Source of the DNA: Massalongia carnosa
Lineage: Eukaryota
Direction: 5' to 3'
Assembly (NCBI GenBank): GCA_965645245.1
Contig: OZ287083.1
Span: 1,240,001 to 1,304,000 of the forward strand
Length of the DNA stretch: 64,000 nucleotides
In this document: piece by piece, positions 1-10,375 of the stretch
Numbering within the stretch: position 1 is the first letter of the stretch
How the letters are laid out: every line of letters starts with the position of its first letter
Notes under the pieces: generated by a model
What the model was told of the DNA's origin: nothing
The model's database searches: none
What the model saw: the letters and a program-made list of their open reading frames with translations, nothing else
Translations under genes and position numbers: made by a program

Positions 1-23
1 CATACACGCTTATTCTTTTGCAG

Positions 24-1102
24 AAACCCGAAATGGATTGGGCAAGCACCTTGTGGCCGCGAGTCCAGAGCAATTAGAGGCATTTATTAAGGTCACTCTC
101 CTGTTGCCAAGCAGAGCATGAAAGGTGGAGCTGACTTGTCGGTCCTCTATCTCCAGTACTTGCTCTTCTCGGGACCAGCATATGTTATAGGCGTGATGTT
201 TACTCAGCTCTCATTTCTATTTCTCTATAAACGAGTTTTCACAACGCAGGTTGTGTGGTTTGCCAATACGCTCTATGTACTTGCCGCTCTCAGCTTCGCC
301 GCTGGTATATCAATATTCTTTTCTGCGATATTACAGTGCACACCGTTCAAATATCGCTGGGACAGGACAATCACAGGACACTGCATTAATGTGAACGCTC
401 TATGGATTGTCGACGATGCGTTGAATCTTATAATTGATGTTTGCATCGTGGTCGCTCCGATCCCACTTGTCTGGCATCTTCAGATGAGTTTAAGAACCAA
501 GTGCGCTGTGGTTGGCATGTTCTTACTAGGAGGCTTGTCAGTGGCTCAACATAACCCGCCTATGCTAAAAATACGGACTGACTGAAAATGGGGAATAGCG
601 TTGTAGTGATGAACCTAATCAGGCTTCCACAGCTAATCCACATCCCTATAGTAGATTTGACATGTCGGTTTCCCTTGTGCCTTTTCAGAAGCATTAGCTA
701 ATATTGAATCCAGATAATTATGTTCCCGCAGCGGTCTACACTCATGCAGAACTTTGCTTAGGTATTGTCAGTGCCTGCTTGCCTTGTTTTAAGCCTCTCT
801 TTCGAGAAATGGTTCTGGTCCCTACAGATAGAAGCAAGTCGTCGTTAGAGCCTCAACATCATTTTAAAGCGCCACTGGATCGATACACTACGCTACATGG
901 ACAGGAACCATGGGCGAATGGGTCAAAAAGCATGCTCGTCCCAGTTCAAGAGAGGGTTACGTTGCCTCAAAGTCGTGATCATGGTATCGAAGGCAAGGCG
1001 ACCCTTGGAGTTCGCTCAGATCAGGATGTGGAGTTAGGTCTGTCTACGGATCGGCGTAACTCGATCAGCGGATGCGTAAACTCAGGATGTGAGACGATCT
1101 GA
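24..1102 (+). CDS. PTH11-like / fungal rhodopsin-domain integral membrane protein (5' part outside window, multi-exon)
   Basis: Exons give NGLGKHL, SFLFLYKRVF, ILQCTPFKYRWD-x-GHCIN, IIDVCIVVAPIPLVWHLQMS, ELCLGIVSACLPCFKPL; GT-AG introns at about 90-156, 537-598 and 664-714. Confidence 0.85.
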
Positions 1103-1687
1103 TGTAAGGGTTCTTTATACGAGAATTTCTCACATCGTAAGGTTCTTGGCTCGAGTTGCTTAGCTTTGATTATGTTGCTATAATTACTAAGGTTTTCAGC
1201 AGTTTATGATTTAACTGTAGGATCTAGAATCCTTTGCCGTGTGGGTGCATATGCAGCCAACAACCACCAGTTGACCTAGCTTCACAAATGAATGCATCTT
1301 ATGTTGCCAGCTTTTAGATTCATGCGGTGCTTGCTTGTAGCATTAGCGATACTCAAGCTCAGCAACAGGATATAAACCAGTCGATTTCGCCATGCAACTG
1401 AGTCCCACGCTATCGCTAGGACTCTATTTGCTGATTGATCTCCTGGTGTCAAACTTGGTAGCTGCTATACTTAGCGTCAGTCAACTAGCATGTACAGTTT
1501 CATCATCTTCATTCTCGCCGTGGCAACCACCTACCTCGGCCAATATCAACTTAGGTCAATTTCACAGAGCTAGCAAAACTTTTCAGTTCGATATAGTCGC
1601 TGGTCTCTTCGAAAGCGACCTTCAAAAAAAGCAATTTTCAGCGGGCTTGGAAGAGTCACTGTCTTTGCAAGTTTTAATATCCCTATC

Positions 1688-2505
1688 TTGACCTTCACAC
1701 CAAGATTCGCTGCAGAACCTCCCTCAGCAGCTGATGCGGTTGCGCAGGCCAACTTTGGCAACTCCACCTTGACGAGCGAACTATTGCGATATTTGATCAT
1801 GAATGGAACTTATGATTCTACTTTTCTCAAAGGTGGTTGGAAGTTTTTGCCTATTTTCCTAAACGACCCCCGAACCTATCATCTCAGCCAGCCAGCAAAA
1901 ATCTAGGTGCTCTCTGATGACCAAAACTTTCTTCTAGAACGGGCGTGACTTTTATGCTATATTTTTATGCTTAAGTAAGCGCTCTGTTGCATTCCTGATT
2001 TAAGTGTGATGCAGATCTTGTCAAGATTTCTTCTTATCTCGTATTCAGGGATATCCTGTTTAGCAACGGTGTTATACATGTCGTAAATTATTCTTTTGCA
2101 CCGCTCAGCAATTTGACCCTTACCGGTACGAGACTCGAACTGGATCTTCCGAAGACTTTGACTGCAGCTTTGCCGCACATCAACGGTGTCGTTGATGTAA
2201 CCGCTTTTGCTTCTCAGAACAGAATAGTACCAAGCTCTGGAAAGAAATTCCAATTCCAGGATTACTTCTTCAGCGGCAAGGTTGTATATTCTATGGAACT
2301 GATTAGTGGAAAGCGCTTCAAAGCAAGATCGGGAAAAGGTCTCATTATCACGGAAGACACCGCCGGAGAGAAGTTTGTAAGCGGAGTGAAGATTATATCG
2401 AGGAATTCATTAAAATCCACGGCGTTGTGCATGTCATTGATGGGTACTAAGTTTCTGCTCCAAGGGAAGGATATTCAGCATTTCTTTGCTAAACCAACCG
2501 TCTAG
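1688..2505 (+). pseudogene. Degenerate fasciclin (FAS1) domain gene
   Basis: LLRYLIMNGTY and VTAFASQN resemble FAS1 motifs; a shifted frame at about 2416-2445 reads IHGVVHVIDG (FAS1 H2 motif); stops and frameshifts separate the pieces. Confidence 0.6.
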
Positions 2506-4021
2506 AGCATTCTAAACTCAGTTTTTGCTCCGCTAAACTATCATCACTCTGCAGTCTCACGTATAAGTGGCGCATGGGTTGCTATAATTAAGATTCTTTC
2601 GATTCTCAAGAGAATGGCAGTCCGGGGGGGGGAATGCGTTCTAGAGAGTAGCGATTTAACGAAGAATAAGAAATATCAGTGCTTCTAATCTCACAAAGCT
2701 CCACCAAGAAGTTGCTGACATGACATGATCTGCAATTTTCGTTTTCATCTCTTGTACGCCATGCACAGCCTAACCCTGGGATATTTGGAGTTTTCGAATT
2801 CGCCATCGTGAACATGGACATTTTTCTTTGCCTTAATAGTGAGCTAAATTCATTTATTATCATAATAGGTTCGATTCCTGTTAGCGCTGGCCCAACGGTG
2901 GATGGTATTTTTGTTTTCTTTAGATAGATTCAAATCTAAGTGGATGGTTCTGTTGGTGGCTCTTGTGATCAGCGTTGCAATTCGACAGGTTTTCTCTTCT
3001 TGTTCATTTTAAATCGGATGAGCTATCACGTATTTTGTGCATGACCAGGTTTCTGCGCAGCGTTTGAACAGCCTGCAGTCTGCTTTTTAATGTAGCGATG
3101 TGCGCATTTGTTGGGAACTAGCGAAGGCACAGGTTTTCCTTTTGAATTCTTTTGCAAGGCCACGCGGCCAGGAAGGATTCCAAACTTTGGAAAAGCATCG
3201 GAAAGTCTATTGTCACATCCCTCTTGCCTAGTCCAAAGATTAAGGGGTATGTGTAGCTTTGGAAAACCTCCGTACGGGCGACGACTAGTTAGGTAATGAA
3301 AGGAAGAAGAATAGAATGTAAGGTAGAGCAGGACAGGAAACATGGCATCATGACCCCTTTCGTAAAACAAACCCGAATTGCCGTGGTATAGAAGATTAGA
3401 ATACAAGCCACATCCCTTATTGTGTTGTCTAGAATCCCTGAGCGGCAGAGTGATTGGCTGATTATAGGGAACATGAGCCTTGATTTGTCGGCATGTGAGT
3501 ATTCAGTGTCGTATAATAAAGAAATCTGACACCTGTCTCAACCAAAGAGAAAAGACGAAAAGATTTCATCATGCAGGAAACATTACGGTGACGGGGCGAC
3601 GGGTAGTGGATTCGACATGCAGGGATACTCACTAGTAAGGCGAGTGTGGGGATCATCCGACCCGGACTTTAATTCTCTCGGAGACAAGCGAATACACTGG
3701 TACAGGTACAAGGTACGTGCCGAACTCGTAGTTCTGCAGCAACATGTGACTCAAGTCCATTGTTAGACAGCAGGTTTATACCGGACGATACTCCCGCACG
3801 GCCTGATCTTAAAACTGCTATACTTTCTGCTTCATATTGTTCTTTCCCCTTGGAGCCAGCATCCAGTTTCTAGCATTTCAGAAAGGATCTCGGCATTTCA
3901 AGTGGTTTGCAGCCAATTGACTAAACCGGTCCGCACATAATTACTTTCTGCGGGGAGTATCAGCTGTGGAAGAGCTGAGATATATTTGGAAGTAGAGCCC
4001 GTTAGGGCGCAGAGGCTGAAC

Positions 4022-5614
4022 ATGGCATGGAAGGCATCTGAGATGCTGATGGAGAACATCAAACATTACTCGTCCTTCCCAGCCACTGGGGTGAGCTTGC
4101 GGCAGATGGTACAGTTTGGAGAACGTCCTTCCACAGGTAGATCTCTTCTCTAAAGCTAAGAAAACAAACGACTAACCTTTACGCTTCTAGGAACATTATT
4201 CCGGGCCTCCCAATTCCTCTCTGAAGAGCTACCCATACGGCTAGCCCACCGCGTGCAAGAGCTTGGGGAGTTACCTGATGGGTTGAACGATATGCCCTCG
4301 ATTAAAAAAGTCCAGGATTGGTATGCACAGTCGTTTGAGGTAAAGGGGCTCAAATGTCGGCGAAGGCCCGTATACCGAGCCTTCGAACTGATTCGCAATA
4401 GGACCTCACAACGATTCAACGGCCCAACATTGGATCCGAAACAAGAGCACGACTCCTCAGACCATCGAGGCAGAATGGATTAGAGGCAAAGATCCTGAGC
4501 CAGAATACCTCAAACCCAAGTGTCAAACAAGGCCAGTATCGGTCCTTACCGCTGTCCAACACCAGCGGCAACGGAAATGGAAGTGTTGGGAAAGGCTCAT
4601 CAAGGAGATACTATGCTTGTGCCGATGATGGTGCAGAATGGCCGCCGGAGCTGCATGACTATAATAAGAGGTTCGCAAAGGTTCTGGAAGGGGTCAAACG
4701 ACGGCATGACAGCGTGGTGACCACTGTCGGTAAGCATACGTGCTCATATTAGCTACAGGAAAACCATACTGAGCCTTAACTAGCTCAGGGAATCAACGAG
4801 TACAAGCGCAAGCGGCAACGTATGCAGATCGATTCGAACATTCAGAATTTCCTTGACCGATTCTACATGTCTCGTATAGGCATTCGTATGCTGATTGGCC
4901 AACATATTGCACTAACAGACCAGAGACAATCGATAGAACCAAATTACGTAGGGATAATCTGCACCAAAACCAATGTGCGGGAACTTGCCCAAGAAGCCAT
5001 TGACAACGCGCGATTCGTCTGCGAAGACCATTATGGGCTTTTCGACGCACCGAAAGTTCAATTAGTCTGTAAGCCGGACCTTCATTTCATGTACGTGCCA
5101 GGGCACTTGTCGCATATGTTGTTCGAGACGCTTAAGAATTCCTTGCGGGCGGTGGTCGAAACCCACGGGCAGGATAAGGACGAATTCCCGGTCACGAAGG
5201 TTATCATTGCCGAGGGCAAAGAGGACATTACGATTAAGATATCTGACGAGGGTGGGGGGATCCCCCGATCCTCCATCCCGCTCGTCTGGACGTATATGTA
5301 CACGACGGTGGAGACGACTCCGAACCTGGACCCTGACTTCAACAAAAGTGATTTCAAAGCCCCTATGGCTGGATTCGGCTATGGTCTTCCGATTAGTAGA
5401 TTATACGCTCGATATTTCGGCGGCGATCTTAAACTCATAAGTATGGAAGGGTAAGCACAACTTCTTATTACGCTATTCTTTGCTTTTCTTTTCTCCCCCA
5501 TAGCAATCATCACAGCAGAAAACTGAACATTTTGGCCATAAACAAAACAGCTACGGCACAGACGCCTATTTGCATCTTAACCGACTTTCCTCAAGCTCAG
5601 AGCCTCTACAATAA
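4022..5614 (+). CDS. PDK: Mitochondrial pyruvate dehydrogenase kinase (BCDHK_Adom3 + HATPase)
   Basis: MAWKASE..ATGVSLRQMVQFG, FLSEELPIRLAHRV, FLDRFYMSRIGIRML, ETLKNSLRA, SDEGGGIP, AGFGYGLPISRLYARYFGG; last exon YGTDAYLHLNRLSSSSEPLQ*; four GT-AG introns. Confidence 0.95.
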
Positions 5615-6140
5615 CAATTAGCGATCCTGAGGGGTCCCCCTCAAGACTTGACTACGCTCCGAGCGGGCTTACAGCTGCGACCGCGTGGCCGGGAAGTCAG
5701 TACTCGGAAACAGGTCGGCGATGCGGAGAGTATGGTGCATATTGAACCTATGCCGGAAAGCAACATGGAAAGGCAACGGAGATGAATCCTGATTTGTGGA
5801 GGTTCAGCTTGTTTAGTTGCTTCCTGGACGCGCAAGGGAATGAAGAAATTGGGATCGGGGAGGTTTCATATACAGTCCAGCGTTTATTGTAGTGATAGCA
5901 TTTAGAGTATAAACAGCGAAAAGAAAATCAAGATCCCTTGCTAGAAACACAATCCACTCACTTGCCTGCACGTTCTGTAGGATAAACCGAAAAGTCGAAA
6001 AGTCGAAAAAGCAAACAGTCAAATCCACGATTCCGATCCTCCTCCCCCTTTTCAATAACGGCCCCGGCCCAACTATTTCCTTCTCCCCAATTAGAACGCC
6101 AACATCAACCTCCCCCCACCTCAACATCAACACACTTATC

Positions 6141-6719
6141 CTATCTCCGCCTACTCCCCCCAATTCCTGCTCCCGCTCCCACACTCTTCCCGCCCTCCCT
6201 CTTTCCCTGTTTCTTCCCCCCTCCACCTCCTCCATCTCCATCTCCATCCCAATCCCCATCTTCGCTGCAGCCCCCCTTGGACCCGACCCCGACCCCGGAC
6301 CCGGCGCCGGACCCGGACATCCCAGTCAGCGCTTCTAGGAAGGAGCGGCGGATTTGCGGGAGGCTCTACTGGCGGCGAAGCGGAAAGGGGGATGGGAGGA
6401 GGATATTAGCGCTTGATAAGTCAAGTTTTTTCGGGAAGAGTTATGGGGGTTTTGGGATTGAGGGAGATGGATGATGATGAAAGTAGAAGAGAAAGAAAAA
6501 AAACCAACGCACCTCCCGCTCCGAAATTCCATACCATGCCAACACCTCCCAGCTCCCGAGTGCTGCTGCCGCGCGCTGCCTCTGTTGTCGGTGCTCCCAC
6601 ATTTCGGAAGCGGGAGGATTCTTGAGGGTGGTGGTGTTGTTGGTGGTAGTGGTTGTGGTCGCGGTTGTGGATGCGGCTCCGGGGGGTGGTCTTATTGATT
6701 TTGGGTTGGTGGAGTTCAT
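6141..6719 (-). CDS. Small hypothetical protein, two exons, low-complexity flanks
   Basis: ATG at 6719; WEHRQQRQRAAAALGSWEVLAWYGISERE, phase-0 intron (GTGCGT...CTAAT...TAG), then SLPQIRRSFLEAL and a Gly-rich tail to TAG at 6141. Confidence 0.55.
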
Positions 6720-7629
6720 AGTGGAAGCGAAGGGGGGGATTAGGGGAGGGTGGGGTGGGGTTGGAGATTGGAGGAGGGAGATGGGTGGGGGTGTGGGGGC
6801 GACGGTGGAGGTGGGGTGAACGTAGGATTTCGGAACTTGAGATCTTCCGTGCCAACTTAATTTCACGGGTCGTAGAATCATAACACCGATAATCCTGTAT
6901 AAGCTTTCCGAACACAAAGCGAACTCGAAGGTAATCTGAGGGGCGCGAGTATATATATTTCTTGCCATACCCTCTTACAGTGTTTTTTTTTTTTTGAGTC
7001 ATGTTATCGCTGGCATAAAAACACAATCTGACGAAGAGGGCTGGAAACTAGCTGAGAAAATAGCTAGAAAATTAGTAATGTCCTAATCATGAGGCCTAAC
7101 CGTTTTGCTTTGTGGTATATATCAACATTTCATATCATGATCATTAAGGGAAAGAAACAATTTTTATTGTGCAGGTTACAACAGGCTTCTTGATGTTCTC
7201 TATCATAGCCTACAGACTTTGCAAATTGTTTTTCCGCCGTTTCGTTTCAGGAAGACGGGACGCCATCGTTGAAGAGATGACCATGAAAACACCGAAGCCT
7301 TTTGAACGGCTCAAGACTTCGGACTTTCTTGTTCCCCTTGGCCCTACCTGTATTTCCTGCCTGAAGATATCTAGAGCAGTTCTCAGCTTATCATGATAGG
7401 AATCAGGTCAGCAGAGATTCTTGCTATATACGCTCCTCAGAGCTATAGACGGCATAAGCACCGACCGTTGTTCTCCTGAAACGGCTTGTGCGACTTCTGT
7501 TTCCGCAATAGGAGGGATCGAACCGAAAGCATCCGCAATATAAAACATTACTACCCTCGTTTTTAGATATTTCGGATATGACTATGTTTATGATTCTTGT
7601 TTCAATCATCTAGACTTCAACCCGGTACC

Positions 7630-8464
7630 ATGAAATACTACTTTAAGTTTACCCTACTCTTGACAGTGAAGCTTTGTGATGCGGCCCCTGGTTTAGAACG
7701 GTGTTGGGTGGATTGGTTCAAAGGGACTGAAATCGACAATACGCAGTACCACAAAGATGGACACTGTGATCTTCTTGGTTCAAAGATAGGCTGTAATGGC
7801 AAAGGCTTCATTGTGCCGAATGACCAATGCACCAGACAAAAAGGTAAGTTTCCCTTTTGGCTTTCGAAAGATAATCTAACATTGTCATTCCCTCCAAAAG
7901 ATTTAGGTTCAGTCCCTTGTTGTATCGAGGCGACCTGTGGGCCTAGGAACAAAGGATATTGCACGAACAAATCTCTGGGATGCCATAACGGTGCATTCTG
8001 GTCGCCATTCATGGGTCAGTTGTTGACCAATGACTGGTATGTCTGTGTCTGTCTGCCAATACTCGTGCGCTATTAACAGTCACTAAAGGGACTCATGCCC
8101 TAATAAGGGAGATGTGGAGTGCTGCTTGCCTTATGATATATCAAAGGTCGTTGGTAGCGAAGACAACCTTCAAGAGACAGCTGTTGCCCAAGGGAACCTT
8201 ATTAATGAGAACGGATGGGACAACCTTCTCACCGCCGAAAGCACTCCAATCCTCGGAGGAGGAAGCTTGTCGGATCTGAATACTGCCTCTGCCAACACTC
8301 CTGTTCTTCCTACGGTCAACTCATACTATCAGAGTTCCGAGAACAATTTGCCGGTATCTGGGGGACTATCTATCGATGACCAGCTTCTTGGTAGCAGCTC
8401 GCAAGATTCGGCAACAGGCTTCACAGAGGATTGCTTATTCTTAGGAACATGTCTGAGTACCTGA
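7630..8464 (+). CDS. Secreted cysteine-rich protein, two six-Cys repeats plus acidic Ser/Thr tail
   Basis: Signal-like MKYYFKFTLLLTVKLCDA; introns 7844-7900 (GTAAGT..CTAAC..AAG) and 8037-8088 (GTATGT..TTAAC..AAG) join the frame into DSCPNKGDVECC and the 8114-8464 ORF. Confidence 0.75.
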
Positions 8465-9436
8465 TGTCGGGTTTGTAGTTTATAAAATTCCTTTACATTT
8501 ATTTACGATGATCTTGAACGGACACACAGCATCATCTTATCGTTAATTTTATTCATGATTATTTAAAAATATATGCTAAAGGCTTTTTTTATTGTATGTT
8601 TTGCTATCTTATTTCAAATAGAAGAATAACGAGTTCCCGTGAGAGCGAACCATCAGTTCCATCATTTCCATTAGTATTCCCCAAGCCCTGTGAGCTTAGT
8701 TGCCTTTCTGTCTCTTTCAACCGTCCAGCTACCTTTTTCAGGCAAGGACGTCAGTCCACAACCTCCAAATGCGAATTGGAACCGTAAAGAATCGCAGCAA
8801 ACCAAGCTGTAATCGATATCTTTGTACCGCAACCAACTTCCACCAGTCTCGCTTCACCATGTATTTCCTTGCCGTTACTTCTCCAGGAACGATAGTCACC
8901 AAGCCTATGCTAACAATCACGCTATCTGAGACCCAACCACCCACTACACCTCTCCCTTAGCGGCTTGCGCGACGACAACAACAAGCTTTGTCCCAGGTAT
9001 TCTTAGCATGCAGACCCACATGGACTATAAGATGGTCGGTCTACGGCAGTTCGGCTGGGTAGTGTTATACTCAGTTCTATTAGAAGTGAGGATGTTGGCG
9101 CTTCTTTGGCTCTCGTTTGATGCTGTCAATCAAAGTCAATGAATTGAGCTTGATAACCAAGTTGGAAAGCCTGGTGCTAATACTCTAAGCCCATTGAGTA
9201 TTGCCGGAACATGTCTATCACTGTCACTATAATTGAACAGGACGCTTTTCTATCTGAATTAATGACTGGAAAAATCTTTAAAATTCACAGATAAGGGGCG
9301 AGGGAAACAGCGGCAGATTATCCGTACTTGCCTCGGTACGTCAAACGTGCCCAGCTAAACCCCTTCGGGTTAAAAGGCTGACTATGCAGCTTTTCTGAAG
9401 CACCAGCCGGTTAGTCAGCTGGGACGCTGATCTGAG

Positions 9437-9701
9437 CAGGTGACAAAATTAAATTTACACGGTTTTCCTATAAGATGGTCGGTCTACGGCAGTTCGGCTA
9501 ACCAAAATCATCGTGATTTAATGCCTAAAAGTTTGCAAGCAGTGATTGATAATGAAGTCAGAATGGCAGATTATTGATTTAATTATTGAAGTTCAAAAAA
9601 TCATGAAATTAACTAAAAAAACGCTACGGTTTATGATAGAAAATCCGGTGATTTTGGTGAAGAAAAAGTTTCGGTGTAAATTTAATTTTGTCACTCGCGT
9701 G
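9437..9701 (+). mobile_element. Non-autonomous deletion derivative of the CAC-ended Tc1-like family
   Basis: Perfect 21-bp inverted repeat 9440-9460 / 9674-9694; right end GTCACTCGCGTG matches the end of the 45501-46827 element; 9521-9577 encodes MPKSLQAVIDNEVRMADY*, like that transposase's C-terminus. Confidence 0.8.
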
Positions 9702-10375
9702 TGAGGCAAATCCGTACATCGGATTAGAAGCTTTTATCATCCACAACCCTTTCCTATCTTGATGATATTTTTCTCCTTTAGGCATCTCGTTTTCCAGCAA
9801 CTAGTTATTGGCTGGTACAGCATCTCAGCAGCGTCTTACGAGCATAGTGTCGAAAAAAACAGCCGCGATCAACAATCCCTTCCAGTTACGGAACTAGGGC
9901 TCCGATGGCTATCAGTCAATCGGCCCAGCAGCACGATCTTAGTTATCCCCGGTTCAGCCAGGATGATGAGCCCGGCTGGTCAAATCTAATGAAGGCGATG
10001 AGTTCGGACCTCGTGTGGCGATAGCAGCGCTTTTTTTTCAATACGGAGTAGCCTGTCAAACAAAGGATTGGAGCTCTGAGAGTCACGTTACGCGACTGGG
10101 GATTTTAATTACTAACTTGTTGGTTAGCTAAGCGAGCCGTCAGATTGCCGAAGTGGCTGCTACTAATCACGCTAACTAAACTGGCTCTTAGATACTCGGT
10201 ACCTACTCAGCCGAACTTGCCAACCCTCGTGCCCTCCTCACCTGATCAGTGCCCTTCTCCCCCGCATTTCAAACAAACGTGTGGAGAACTAAAGGCCAGC
10301 TCTCTACTGTGAATCCATTCAGGCAGACCGTCGAGAACTGCCTCCACAGTATAGACAGGCATCTTCAATGTAACT

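Noticed and set aside
2864..2890. tRNA T-arm / B-box-like ATAGGTTCGATTCCTGT
   Set aside because: No matching acceptor stem, D-arm or anticodon arm upstream.
8700..9090. Possible relic of a Thr-rich secreted protein
   Set aside because: Short, stop-ridden, no identifiable family.
9025..9499. 32-bp direct repeat as CRISPR repeat or LTR
   Set aside because: Only two copies about 440 bp apart, eukaryotic context, no cas genes and no TG...CA ends.
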